Virus record (IMG/VR): IMGVR_UViG_3300049783_001607 | From: a virus | Direction: 5' to 3' (one strand) | DNA: 64,000 nucleotides | Part shown: positions 12,501 to 20,560 of the stretch, in pieces | How the letters are laid out: the number at the start of each line of letters is the position of its first letter | Position numbering within the stretch: position 1 is the stretch's first letter | The notes under the pieces: generated by a model | What the model was told of the DNA's origin: nothing | The model's input: only the letters and a program-made list of their open reading frames with translations | The model's database searches: none | Made by a program: the position numbers and the translations under genes

Positions 12501-12984
12501 TTTATATACTTTAGTATCTATATCTAAACAACTCGCGGAATATAAATTACAGGTATTTAAAAAAGGATCTCTTACCCCCAAACAAAAAAAGAATATGTCT
12601 TTGTTAATGGGCGATGTTATAGTATCTACTACTATGGCAGCAGCGGCATCTGGAATATTTGCTCTTGCGTTTGATGACGATGATAAAATACCTAAGGTAG
12701 TTTTAATTGCAAAAGACAGATGGGATATGGCTTCATCAGATGTTGTTTTTATAAAATCTTTGGCAGATATAACTACAGGGAATTCTTCTATGTTTATAGG
12801 TGTTTCTATAGCTGCTAGAGCAGTAAAAGCTGCTTTTGATGCTGCTGTTATATTTCCTGTAGCATTAACTAATCCCGAAGTAGGTGTTAGCGATGTTCTT
12901 AGCGCACAAAATAAATTAATGGGTAGTTTAGCTGGGTGGTATAAATCTGTAGAGCTCGTGTACGATACTATAGAGTCAGAGTAA
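6520..12984 (+). CDS. Giant virion/ejection protein with zincin-like metallopeptidase, PD-(D/E)xK nuclease and C-terminal hydrophobic helices
   Basis: HEFSH (7588-7602) plus downstream EEIFAD; EEGTYLH and GTIDLIVIDGTGKARIFDFKT nuclease motifs; adjacent to the vRNAP as in crAss-like phages. Confidence 0.75.
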   Translation: MLNMKCAISVNINKGTALNEVKMYGAKSVLDLSEVKVDKNTLNSKMSFPRNTKLAKNPDLFNKGASYIFSNSGKFIADDFKALNVLKDPKILSELVSSGSNLYKGIAEEFFKRKKDSLISNTPNNTSNYVINNLQGKPVPSSNSRTYLTITREDLAKARKIVNKEFNKVDDPYLLEATRIFNEGLEFLIISSLYRGFDVVIEGPIESTIVDKAINKYNVKLGSKKDVTKLTTDNIFSGGAKVLNPVAHIAIEEAYKKNKFKGSIINTSNLVLNMFTTKNERKTLEKHKKASTNSRILVANRIIKVFKNIIPNLESEILSTYEIAMIYGDTFANKKGFIIGNKIILNADTFSMDTVFHEFSHYYSAWLKEDNPEMFSKLMEVTEEKHADLISGYTTMYENTGLKFSKNDIIEEIFADQIGMKAAKELDQAMDEYVDDSFEETIDKFSQAFLIKLTGNSKALLNKSGLTLDSTIADVFNIGILYAGENTSELLERISSDEINRFKDFFIDKYSVREVYNGLVNRGLITFAGNNKIVLRDINGNRYDENGVLSKNSNKTVTFKPWDTYDNIKYNNKKLDEITGYLNRFKNYASVMFSIKNTAHEVQDIIQNHSNNITLDIILNKYKDTNNNIFNRTTEYITDEFTDGKATEDYIVLKVYNERITAYIEKELAKEGVEDTVELREAAKEYALEYITSPTFANSFKKSYNKVGELFKFKTEEGTYLHTLAELYFRTLNFSNKIQYNTKREGGFMHFAKGISEAIGSTDVAEFEKYFETNFFNELQGQEGSPEYKSFLDAYNFIKETKIKRDVKSIAASAKFIALLEKEVIPHILDLPGPIVLMPEVKLSSKSFGVAGTIDLIVIDGTGKARIFDFKTKEENKRPFWNYSRHLRRLKGVMSGYSDNAMIKASIQTSMYKVMLKEMGIEVVGSKIFYVESSLQSSVHTDDQFAKAEQMHYNPKNIFIEGVQDVSAELLDHFKKEGKESELFTEVNLQTAVSNAIITASGGINIDVDDNLEAKAKGIYERALRDLSKIKNGSVASKAEIDILSQFNLSRGSKVSDKNTGLKVFLGGRLTETLEAGVMGDDAIQAIVDLLKNRKAVRNMASSLETVFNSMDRSSNESEDSGLSRDLDSAFRGVLADTDSTTHELTRLASNINYGLDFSDVLFVKNKITHENRVVILNHDRSKLLPFGPGHNNIFGKYLSNNGARIALPTINWKGTNHNMRLVKAGIMMALQKSIDPSFNVNLIVSNKAEGQENTNMSVPNLYDMSTLLLVTKTLLINMKAAGEVLPPEIEALLDTPSLFDSKNYMANPITALSEFLSMATGDLVKSKDVYFGTGLKRKNELIKVLDNYRGRQDTQGLIDSLLNFQKSVEYKLKTDDDKLRSDLWTLLDHVIMDLMGLNYAMSPKNTTFSNNFLGTTSKMSNHLGSFFNRKIAASQTAEKEAFIEYRNEHAVWLNKLAEEKGISLTGGRSLYMDSMKSIFKNLWSTDNKDRETAFVLKNYKTGANLSSLERKYLKYLEEVFTKFGNQSSFSKIEIPAGWSPLVKKSKLSYRNDTSAFERARKTVKDLNFNRAMKDEDNISPIESEFAVESKFKGQLPNSKSHKEEQFSDSRRSLLGLDSNMIPFNNVEDNHPLDMLEDNVENIVDAFVSASLDAYHYREISAFGRSLYYNIKRYERVSKLPYHKIIETISLIQKRVINHEESDANNKVMNVVDGFATNAAIAGTVGQALLETFTNPLVTTAHYVSDKLYGTLFKGTREFSLKSYTTAVGMVTGGNTETKSLIRAIDSLYGISNSDTRALKQMLKMIEGRSLFQSSKLMFINKIMMQTWQKVTLVAYMLEQGTFFAHSLDSVGNLVYDESKDKRFKTKEGKKLYSAVKLELSKQKNGLTGNSTDEYEDRKLNKAWTVFDSNHVKELIVELYSSLDDTSKSLSMYYTWMQFMIKFRSWIFSKVPRYFQKPLTAEENESAGRPTKVLDPNEEDGYRIEFKGEATEGILYTLVSISKQLAEYKLQVFKKGSLTPKQKKNMSLLMGDVIVSTTMAAAASGIFALAFDDDDKIPKVVLIAKDRWDMASSDVVFIKSLADITTGNSSMFIGVSIAARAVKAAFDAAVIFPVALTNPEVGVSDVLSAQNKLMGSLAGWYKSVELVYDTIESE

Positions 12985-12992
12985 ACATAACC

Positions 12993-13034
12993 AAAAAAAA
13001 ACCCCTAACATAAATTAATACGTTAGGGGTTTTT
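12993..13034. terminator. Bidirectional intrinsic terminator between the convergent gene blocks
   Basis: AAAAACCCCTAAC-loop-GTTAGGGGTTTTT perfect inverted repeat with A/T tracts on both sides. Confidence 0.9.
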
Positions 13035-13045
13035 AAATTTAAAAG

Positions 13046-13273
13046 TTACTTTTTTGAGCGTAGCTTATTAGCTGCTTTTATCGATAATTGTCTATATTCT
13101 TTAGTTAAGTTAGTAAGTTTTATACTAGCTACTCTAGCTCTTTTACTTGCTTGTTGATTTGATTTATTTATAAATAGGGAGTTCTCTTTCTTAAAAGCGT
13201 TAAAATACTCTTCTATTTTATCCGCACACTCCGTTATTAAATTCTTTTGTTTATCTGATAATTTATTGCTCAT
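13046..13273 (-). CDS. Histone H1-like (Hc1-family) nucleoid protein, Bacteroidota type
   Basis: 75 aa, basic; NQQASKRARVASIKLTNLTKEYRQLS resembles the NKAAxxRARKxSxxLxxxxKExRxxS family pattern. Confidence 0.7.
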   Translation of the reverse strand: MSNKLSDKQKNLITECADKIEEYFNAFKKENSLFINKSNQQASKRARVASIKLTNLTKEYRQLSIKAANKLRSKK

Positions 13274-13283
13274 TATATATTGT

Positions 13284-13841
13284 TTATAGTTCTACATAGT
13301 TTGTTGATATGAGTTTTTCATAGCAAAGTTTAATAATTATTGCGTCATATAAAGCCATATGTTTATTATCAGCATTCCCTTCTGTTTCAGCGTATTTTTC
13401 TCTGCTAATATCTGGATCGATACCTTTTGTTTTAAATAAAGTACATATATCGAATGGTATATAATATATACATTTAGGTATCTTAAACGCGTGACCCCAA
13501 ATATTGTTAAATAATACCCAATCATATGAAAGACAATCACTCCACATTTCTATTTCACCCATCCCGCTTAACCAGGTTTGAAGTGCTTTTCTAACAGTTT
13601 CAATGTCTCCTTTTACAGTAGTTAAATTGTGTTCTTTAATCTCAGTACCTAATTTCTTTAGCCATAGATTGTCAACTACATTAATTTGTAGCCATTCATC
13701 TATAGAGTTTTTATTATAATCAGTTAATTCGGCATAAAACTGATATCCAGTTTCTGTTATTAAACCTATAGAAATTAGAGATGTTTTTTGTTCAAGTCCT
13801 GTAAATTCAGTGTCAAAAAATATTTTTGTTTTATTTTTCAT
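13284..13841 (-). CDS. DEDDh 3'-5' exo(ribo)nuclease, Rv2179c-like
   Basis: IFFDTEFTGL, LISIGL, YDW and HMALYDA motifs. Confidence 0.85.
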   Translation of the reverse strand: MKNKTKIFFDTEFTGLEQKTSLISIGLITETGYQFYAELTDYNKNSIDEWLQINVVDNLWLKKLGTEIKEHNLTTVKGDIETVRKALQTWLSGMGEIEMWSDCLSYDWVLFNNIWGHAFKIPKCIYYIPFDICTLFKTKGIDPDISREKYAETEGNADNKHMALYDAIIIKLCYEKLISTNYVEL

Positions 13842-14367
13842 GGTTACTTATTGCTATGTCCATCAATTCTTTATTATTAGAAAGAAACTGTGTTATATAA
13901 TCATCTAGTATAACAGTGGATATTTCATTATAAGATTTATTAAATTCAAAAGTGTATTTTTCTAAGCTAGTTTTAGTTTTCGATTCAATATCTTTTTTTA
14001 ATATGTTATAAACATGATCACTATGATCAATCATAAAGGAAGTTAAAGCATCTCCTTTTGAAGCAATTTGATCAGACAGCATAAATCTATCAAATATTTT
14101 TAAAATTCCGTCATCTATAAGTATATCACCCTGTTCATTTTTTTTACCTAATGCTAAATTGTATATATTGTCATTGTACATAAAACCTTTAGCACTTAAC
14201 TTATTTTCTTTATAAAGATATCGTTTAACTCTAAATGAATAAAAGTCATTATTTAACATCTGAATAATTTTTTTTACTTTTGGATCTTTAAAAGCCTCCA
14301 TAAAATCTTTTTGTGTTAAAGTAGTTTTCTCTTTTAATTTTTTATCAAATCTATTTAATTCTCTCAT
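13831..14367 (-). CDS. Hypothetical protein
   Basis: 178-aa ORF in a tightly packed operon. Confidence 0.6.
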   Translation of the reverse strand: MRELNRFDKKLKEKTTLTQKDFMEAFKDPKVKKIIQMLNNDFYSFRVKRYLYKENKLSAKGFMYNDNIYNLALGKKNEQGDILIDDGILKIFDRFMLSDQIASKGDALTSFMIDHSDHVYNILKKDIESKTKTSLEKYTFEFNKSYNEISTVILDDYITQFLSNNKELMDIAISNHEK

Positions 14368-14621
14368 TATTTCTGTATTACTTTTACAATTTGTAATTTT
14401 TCTTCTATCGAGATAAATGTATTTATTAAAGTATCGGCATACGCTTTTTCTATACTCATTTCAGTATTTGAATTGTTTTTTAGTAAGCAGGCTCCAAATA
14501 ATATCATTACAGGATGTATTACCACGTCTAACTTTATCTCTTTATTTGTTTTTTCACAAACTACTACAGAAAAAGAGATGAAGCTTAGTCCGTTATGTTC
14601 TTTAGTTTTGCTCATATACAT
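14367..14621 (-). CDS. Hypothetical protein
   Basis: 84-aa ORF coupled to its downstream neighbour. Confidence 0.55.
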   Translation of the reverse strand: MYMSKTKEHNGLSFISFSVVVCEKTNKEIKLDVVIHPVMILFGACLLKNNSNTEMSIEKAYADTLINTFISIEEKLQIVKVIQK

Positions 14622-14671
14622 TATTTCTAAAGGGCCACTAATTATTTCTAATTAATGACCCAGTCTATTAA

Positions 14672-14998
14672 TTAAGCTTTAATTAAACTTAATGGAATAT
14701 AGATTATATTTTTTTCTCTCGCCGATACAAAATTACCTCCTTTTGCAATTTGAAGTATTTGTTCTGATGGTTTAACGCTTTGTAAGTAAGCATCTATTTT
14801 ATTTTCATCTAAAGTATATTTTGATTTAGCTTCAATAGCTTTTACGTCTTCAAATTCTACTTCTTCTACATCTAAATTAGTTGATGAACTGGAAGTGTTC
14901 AAATCAATGCCCAAAGCTTTGCCTATGATTTCTTTAAGAGGATCTTTTGAGCTACTGTTTGAGTCATTGTTTTCGTTAATATTTGATTTATCATTCAT
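14672..14998 (-). CDS. Hypothetical protein
   Basis: 108-aa ORF, co-oriented with the operon. Confidence 0.55.
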   Translation of the reverse strand: MNDKSNINENNDSNSSSKDPLKEIIGKALGIDLNTSSSSTNLDVEEVEFEDVKAIEAKSKYTLDENKIDAYLQSVKPSEQILQIAKGGNFVSAREKNIIYIPLSLIKA

Positions 14999-15003
14999 TT
15001 TTT

Positions 15004-15588
15004 TTAATATTTATTGTATTTAAATGTTAATACTAATTTTCTATCCTCTTCTTTTTCCACAAATTCATATCCGTAACTAGTTTTCATTCTAAATTGGGGG
15101 CTGTCATCTCTTAAAATACCTTCATTAACTATAGTGTCTTCTAGCATTTTAGAAAGTATCCACATATTAGTAATGTCTGGTGTATGTCTAGAATATGTGT
15201 CATACATCTTTAACTCCATATCAAGTTTATAGGATAAAAATACTGGAAACTGTTCTTTAAACTGTTCTTTCACGTACTTAGCAAAATATTTATGGTAAAA
15301 ATTTACTACTGTAGAACGTTGTTTCCAAGTTATATTATTACTATAAAAAGATTGGCCATTAAGATTCCAATATTCAGGATTACCCATTTTAGTCGGGTTT
15401 TTTATTACTTTTCTACCTCTCTCGTCTACATAGTAAGTTTTCTTACCTATTTTTTTCGTGTTAAAATTTTTATATTTTTCAGGTATTTTATCTCCTTTAG
15501 TATAATACGTAGTTATAACAGTTCCAACCCTAACTTTTTTGACCCAATCAGGAATAACTAAAGTAAAAATTGATTTTTCTGTTATCAT
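15004..15588 (-). CDS. RusA-like Holliday junction resolvase
   Basis: PDITNMWILSKMLEDTIVNEGILRDDS resembles the RusA PDxDN...K...D...G...DD motif. Confidence 0.7.
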   Translation of the reverse strand: MITEKSIFTLVIPDWVKKVRVGTVITTYYTKGDKIPEKYKNFNTKKIGKKTYYVDERGRKVIKNPTKMGNPEYWNLNGQSFYSNNITWKQRSTVVNFYHKYFAKYVKEQFKEQFPVFLSYKLDMELKMYDTYSRHTPDITNMWILSKMLEDTIVNEGILRDDSPQFRMKTSYGYEFVEKEEDRKLVLTFKYNKY

Positions 15589-15594
15589 TATTAT

Positions 15595-15906
15595 CTATTG
15601 TTTTTTATCTGCTTTTTGATCGGTTTTATTTATCATGTCTATAGTTTGTCTCCAATTACCAATTGCTTCAAGTTGTTTTTTAGCATGAAATAAAGCGTTT
15701 TCTCTTGCTCTACGTTTGCCTAAAGAAATGTCTAAATTTTCTGGGGATAAAGGGGAATATTGACCTAAAACTTCTGCACCTGTATTAAGTATTAATATGC
15801 AAATGGAAGTTTTAAAACCTACTTGAAGATATATTTCTTGTATGATAGCTTCATCTATCATGTTATCTGTAACAGTATAATCTATACTTTTATTTGTTTC
15901 GCTCAT
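15595..15906 (-). CDS. N4 gp49/Sf6 gp66-like phage protein
   Basis: SICILILNTGAEVLG...SPENLDISLGKRRARENA pattern. Confidence 0.7.
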   Translation of the reverse strand: MSETNKSIDYTVTDNMIDEAIIQEIYLQVGFKTSICILILNTGAEVLGQYSPLSPENLDISLGKRRARENALFHAKKQLEAIGNWRQTIDMINKTDQKADKKQ

Positions 15907-15995
15907 TTATTCTTATTATTATTATTTTACTTAAATCTTGTTTAAGTAATTTAGTTATGTAATATTACAAATTTTAATTGGTTTATACACTATTA

Positions 15996-16208
15996 TTACT
16001 TAATACTTTTATGAAAAGTTTCAGCTACTTTTTTAGCTTTCTCACATAAACTTTTAAATAACGCTGATTTTGAAACGGATAAACGTTCTATTTCTTTATA
16101 AATACCAAAAGGCAGTGATTTGTAAGTTTGATAGAATACTTTTTTATCTTTTTCAATTAATTTAATTAAATCATTTAAAGTTTCTTCTATATCTATATTT
16201 TCTATCAT
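15996..16208 (-). CDS. Hypothetical protein
   Basis: 70-aa ORF overlapping the primase stop. Confidence 0.5.
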   Translation of the reverse strand: MIENIDIEETLNDLIKLIEKDKKVFYQTYKSLPFGIYKEIERLSVSKSALFKSLCEKAKKVAETFHKSIK

Positions 16209-17266
16209 AGCCTCATGGTGTTTATTAAGTGATTGGTAACTTCTTCTTTACTTCGACCATCCGAGTAATCAGATATGTCTTTATCAAGAAGTTTCATTTG
16301 TTTATTGATTAATAATCTTTCTGTAGATACAAATTTGTATGTAAACTTGTCTTTATTTCGTTTTCTAAGTTTATTAACGCCTGTTACTCCGGCAAGATCA
16401 AAATCATATATTAATATTATTTCATCATATTTTTTATATAGGCTGTTTAAAAATTTATCGGAGAATATATAAGTTTCGCTATGCGGTGCAATAACGTCAT
16501 ATTTCTCATGCAAAAAAACATAAAAAACCATTACATCTTTTAAAGATTTAGTAATAATTATTTTTTTATTATTTGATTTTAATTTTTTAAGCTGCTCTAT
16601 TCCTTGAATATAATGGCCTGGACAAGTGTTTCTCCATTTAAATTCTAAGGATTCTTCAGGACGATATAATTTTACTTTGTTAAATATAACATAAACAAAT
16701 GTTAAGGTCCTTTGTGATACTGTCCATACTACTTCATCTCGCTCATTTAAAAGTTTGTGGACAGATCTTACATTAAATAGTTTTAAAATTTCTTCATTAA
16801 CATGATATTTACTCCAATACTTTAGATCTCTTACAGTATATTCTCTTGCTTTGAATTTGATTATTCTTTTTGATGCATAAAATGAAGTGTCAGCTACTCT
16901 TCTTATTATATCTTTTTTTACAGTGGAATCAAATAATCCTACCCCTAATCTTGAATCAATATATCTAACAATATCTATATGTGTCGATAAATTAATACTT
17001 TCTTGATATAACGCGAATAATTTTGCAAATTTGAATACATTCCCTCCAACCCATGCAAAATCTTTAAAGAATACTTCATCTTTATCTTCAGGTACGAATA
17101 AAAGAAAAGTAGGCTTTTTATCACTCCGTATTGGGCTATGATAAAATTTACCTACTTTAATTTCTTCTCCAATTAAGTTACAAAAGATATCGTATGAACT
17201 AACGTAATCAAATAATTTATCAGTCAAAGACCTTTTACTATTTAGAAATACTTTAGTTAAATTCAT
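16205..17266 (-). CDS. DNA primase (crAss-like Toprim type)
   Basis: SPIRSDKKPTF, FKDF, IITKSLKDVM, YDFDLAG and KDISDY motifs. Confidence 0.85.
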   Translation of the reverse strand: MNLTKVFLNSKRSLTDKLFDYVSSYDIFCNLIGEEIKVGKFYHSPIRSDKKPTFLLFVPEDKDEVFFKDFAWVGGNVFKFAKLFALYQESINLSTHIDIVRYIDSRLGVGLFDSTVKKDIIRRVADTSFYASKRIIKFKAREYTVRDLKYWSKYHVNEEILKLFNVRSVHKLLNERDEVVWTVSQRTLTFVYVIFNKVKLYRPEESLEFKWRNTCPGHYIQGIEQLKKLKSNNKKIIITKSLKDVMVFYVFLHEKYDVIAPHSETYIFSDKFLNSLYKKYDEIILIYDFDLAGVTGVNKLRKRNKDKFTYKFVSTERLLINKQMKLLDKDISDYSDGRSKEEVTNHLINTMRL

Positions 17267-17267
17267 A

Positions 17268-18005
17268 TTAAATATCGTCTAAGTCTTGGTCTTCATCTAC
17301 CATAACTTCTTCTTCTTCCATGACAGCATCATCTCCTATATCATCACTAGTATCTGTTTCAACCTTATCTTTTTCTTCAAACCATCGTACATATTTAGAA
17401 TCCAATAGTAATTTTCTACCTCCATCAACTTTAGAAATAAATCCTTTATCTTCTCTAGGAAGATCAAAAAATTGTCCTTTTGGACCGGTAACTACTATCA
17501 AATTAACCATGTCAGAAGTATCTTTAGTATACTTAGCCATAGTTTTTACAAAAGTATCTACTACTTTTATTTGAAGCTCTCCAATTTTTTTAGTTAATTT
17601 TACATCAGGAGAAGGGGATTTTTTAATTTCTGTAAATAAACTTACATCCTCAGATAAAACAGTCTGTAATTTTTTAACTACTGAAGAAAAATTATCTGCA
17701 GGTACCACTGCTTTTGCTATCTCTATCAGTTGATTAAATTGATGAATAAAGTTTTTTGTCGCGTATTGAGGCTTGCTAATATCAATATTAAAATAGCTAA
17801 AAGTACTTTCAGCTAAAACTTTGTTATTGTTTTTTACATCAACAGTTACAAAAGTAGTATAACAATTTTTATTGATTTTTACTCCATTTTTATCTCTTCG
17901 AATCTCGTTACTTACAGATTTTAAAAATACGTTTTTGTTAATTCCGAAAGATAGTTTGAATCTAGAAGGAGCTGAATCTAGAAATATTTGTGTTAAATTT
18001 TTCAT
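17268..18005 (-). CDS. Putative ssDNA-binding protein with acidic tail
   Basis: Strongly acidic C-terminus (DDIGDDAVMEEEEVMVDEDQDLDDI); lies between primase and annealase. Confidence 0.55.
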   Translation of the reverse strand: MKNLTQIFLDSAPSRFKLSFGINKNVFLKSVSNEIRRDKNGVKINKNCYTTFVTVDVKNNNKVLAESTFSYFNIDISKPQYATKNFIHQFNQLIEIAKAVVPADNFSSVVKKLQTVLSEDVSLFTEIKKSPSPDVKLTKKIGELQIKVVDTFVKTMAKYTKDTSDMVNLIVVTGPKGQFFDLPREDKGFISKVDGGRKLLLDSKYVRWFEEKDKVETDTSDDIGDDAVMEEEEVMVDEDQDLDDI

Positions 18006-18014
18006 ATTTATATA

Positions 18015-18677
18015 TTATTTTTTTATTTTGTTATACAATGCTGAAACTTCTTTTTCAACGTCTTCAGATTCTACAAACCTGTCATAACGAGGTATTTGTA
18101 CATATTTAGAATCTTTACTATCTTCTAATTTTAATCTAAACTCTTTAGATTCAAAACCTACATGGTCTTTTAATAATTTATCAAACTGCTTACAAATTTC
18201 TAATTCTATTTTAGTAAATAAAGACAATTTTTTAAGCTCTACTTTTTTTATGTTTTCAAAATCAAAATCATTTTTTAACTGCTCCTCAGAACGTTCATCT
18301 TCTTTACCAACTAAAACTTTTAAAGGGTCAAAATTCGCGTTGATCTGATCGTCTGATAAATATAAAGCCATTATCTCAGTTGTTTGAGCTAAGAACATGT
18401 GTAAATTAGATATTGCCGTATCTCTTGACGGATCAATTAAAAAGAAAGAAACTTCTTTTTCTCCAATATCTAATCCTTCTTTAGTAAACTTCTTAAATTT
18501 TAAAAATAATTGCTTTTTAATTAAATTGCCATTATTATCTTTTCTTCTTTTAGAATCTACTGATATAAGTTTTACACGTTCGTGTATTCCTGCTTTCAAT
18601 TCATTTGAAGACGACTGCTCATTAAATATATTTAAAATATCTAATCCTTCGTCCTGTACTTTAGTTTCTTCACTCAT
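18015..18677 (-). CDS. Putative SSB-like paralog of 17268-18005
   Basis: GIHERVKLISVDSKRRKDNNG aligns with GINKNVFLKSVSNEIRRDKNG of the neighbouring gene. Confidence 0.5.
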   Translation of the reverse strand: MSEETKVQDEGLDILNIFNEQSSSNELKAGIHERVKLISVDSKRRKDNNGNLIKKQLFLKFKKFTKEGLDIGEKEVSFFLIDPSRDTAISNLHMFLAQTTEIMALYLSDDQINANFDPLKVLVGKEDERSEEQLKNDFDFENIKKVELKKLSLFTKIELEICKQFDKLLKDHVGFESKEFRLKLEDSKDSKYVQIPRYDRFVESEDVEKEVSALYNKIKK

Positions 18678-18704
18678 TTTAATATGTTTATTGATTATTA
18701 ATTA

Positions 18705-19442
18705 TTAATTATTTTCTTTTAATGCCCCGTCCTCATCAACTGTATAAGGGTCTGATGATACATCTAACATCTCAGTTGTTTCATAAATACCCATGAAAAT
18801 ATCCGCTGCATATAGTCTTAGCGCTTCTGTAATACACCTAGTTCTAAGCATTAAAATAGGTCTTTTAATGTAATTATCTCTACCTTCTAACCCAGCTTTT
18901 TTAATTTCACTCCATCTTTTACTAAATCTATGGACTTTAACAGCGTTATTATATTCTTTGTATTTACGTGTAATTTCAACAGTGGTAATTATATCAGTTA
19001 GCTTCTTATCTTTATTGTATATTCGTACATAATCTTCCACTACATCTACTAAAATATTATTTTTTAGAGCTAATCCTAAATACATATGTACACCGATAAC
19101 TACTTTACCTTTAACAACATGCATACCATTTAAAGCTACCCATGGTGATATGTTTAATTCTCTTCCGTATTCTACAATAGCTATTACAGCTCCGATAGCT
19201 TTTTTACGGTATTCGTCGTCTTCAAGATGATCTGGTGTAGCTAGGGTTTCAGGTAACAAGCCTGATTGAATCATTTCTACAGCAAACATTTTTTTTTCGT
19301 CCATTGAAGTTGCCATATCAATTGAATTGGATATTTGTCTAGGAGTTAGCGGTTTCATTACAACTAATTCATGTTTAATATCCGTAGTTTCTTCATCGAA
19401 TTTTTTAGCCTCTTTTGAATTGTCTTTTTGTTTTTTATCCAT
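18705..19442 (-). CDS. RecT/Redbeta-like single-strand annealing protein
   Basis: YGRELNISPWVALNGMHVVKGK and NYIKRPILMLRTRCITEALRLYAADIFMGIY patterns. Confidence 0.75.
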   Translation of the reverse strand: MDKKQKDNSKEAKKFDEETTDIKHELVVMKPLTPRQISNSIDMATSMDEKKMFAVEMIQSGLLPETLATPDHLEDDEYRKKAIGAVIAIVEYGRELNISPWVALNGMHVVKGKVVIGVHMYLGLALKNNILVDVVEDYVRIYNKDKKLTDIITTVEITRKYKEYNNAVKVHRFSKRWSEIKKAGLEGRDNYIKRPILMLRTRCITEALRLYAADIFMGIYETTEMLDVSSDPYTVDEDGALKENN

Positions 19443-19468
19443 ATTTATTATCTATTATTTATTATTTA

Positions 19469-20539
19469 TTATTTATTATTTTTAGTAGCGATATTTGAAA
19501 ATACTTCTAATTCTTTTAAATTATCGGGTGTAGGCATTTCAATCATTACCCCATTTTCAGGGAACATAAAGCATCCAAAATATATACCACTAGGTCCCAT
19601 ATAATTAGAAGCTACGAATATCATTCTTAGATAGTTTACTCCAGTTGTATTATTAATAAAATCTGCAGTATCGTACCCCATCATTTGTTTTTCATACGTT
19701 TCTAACGGATTATGTGTTATAATCACTCTATCAGCATAAATACCATAAGGAGCTACTTCATCTAAATTACTTCTATGTCCAGAGCTTTTAGAAAAAACTT
19801 GCGAAGACGGAACGCCTAATATAATAAGGATATTATATGTTTTTGCTAAATCTTTTAGTTTTGAAGCTAATAAATGTGCGCTATCATTTTTAAAATTATT
19901 ACTACCCCCTTCTCCAAATATACCTGAAATATCGTCTATAGCTACTATTGTAATCAGATCTTTATGTTCTTCTTTAAATTTAAATACATCTTCATCGGCA
20001 TCATATTCACCGTATTCAGTCATAGTTTCTCTTATAATGCTGTCTATTTCAAACATAGATCTTTTAGCTGGTATAGTATTAAGAATACCTTTATCCGATA
20101 ACGTATTAAATACATTTAAAGCTTGCGAAATAATGACTTTAGATTTATCCGCAGTTACTTTACTATGAGTGCCTTCGTAACCATATAAACCTGGAACACT
20201 TGTTTTAGTACCATTATTTTTTTGAGATATATAATTTACAATCATTCTTTCAATAGTGGACTTAGCATTTTTTCTAGTGTTTAGATATACAACTTTAAGA
20301 TCAAAAGGCATTCCTTTTTTCTTGGCTTCAATTCTTTGAATGATTGGTGAAATTACGTAATTATTTAAGATTAAAGAGCTTTTTCCCGAAGTTTTTCTTC
20401 CTCCAACTACAATAAAATCGCCTCTAGTGTAATTATTTAATGCATCCCCCAATTTTTTCATGGGATACCTTAAATTATAATTCTGCTTTTTTTCAGCTAA
20501 TTCTAATAACGGATCACGAAATTTTTTAAATATGTTCAT
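19469..20539 (-). CDS. DnaB-like replicative helicase
   Basis: Walker A GGRKTSGKS, Walker B IVAIDD, LKDLAKTYNILII, ADRVI. Confidence 0.7.
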   Translation of the reverse strand: MNIFKKFRDPLLELAEKKQNYNLRYPMKKLGDALNNYTRGDFIVVGGRKTSGKSSLILNNYVISPIIQRIEAKKKGMPFDLKVVYLNTRKNAKSTIERMIVNYISQKNNGTKTSVPGLYGYEGTHSKVTADKSKVIISQALNVFNTLSDKGILNTIPAKRSMFEIDSIIRETMTEYGEYDADEDVFKFKEEHKDLITIVAIDDISGIFGEGGSNNFKNDSAHLLASKLKDLAKTYNILIILGVPSSQVFSKSSGHRSNLDEVAPYGIYADRVIITHNPLETYEKQMMGYDTADFINNTTGVNYLRMIFVASNYMGPSGIYFGCFMFPENGVMIEMPTPDNLKELEVFSNIATKNNK

Positions 20540-20560
20540 TTAATTTGATTTAATTTATTA

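Noticed and set aside
62-12984. Both giant ORFs are listed as exactly 2154 aa
   Set aside because: Coincidence: the first frame is open back to nt 2, so it is truncated by the window edge, and the two proteins show no visible similarity.
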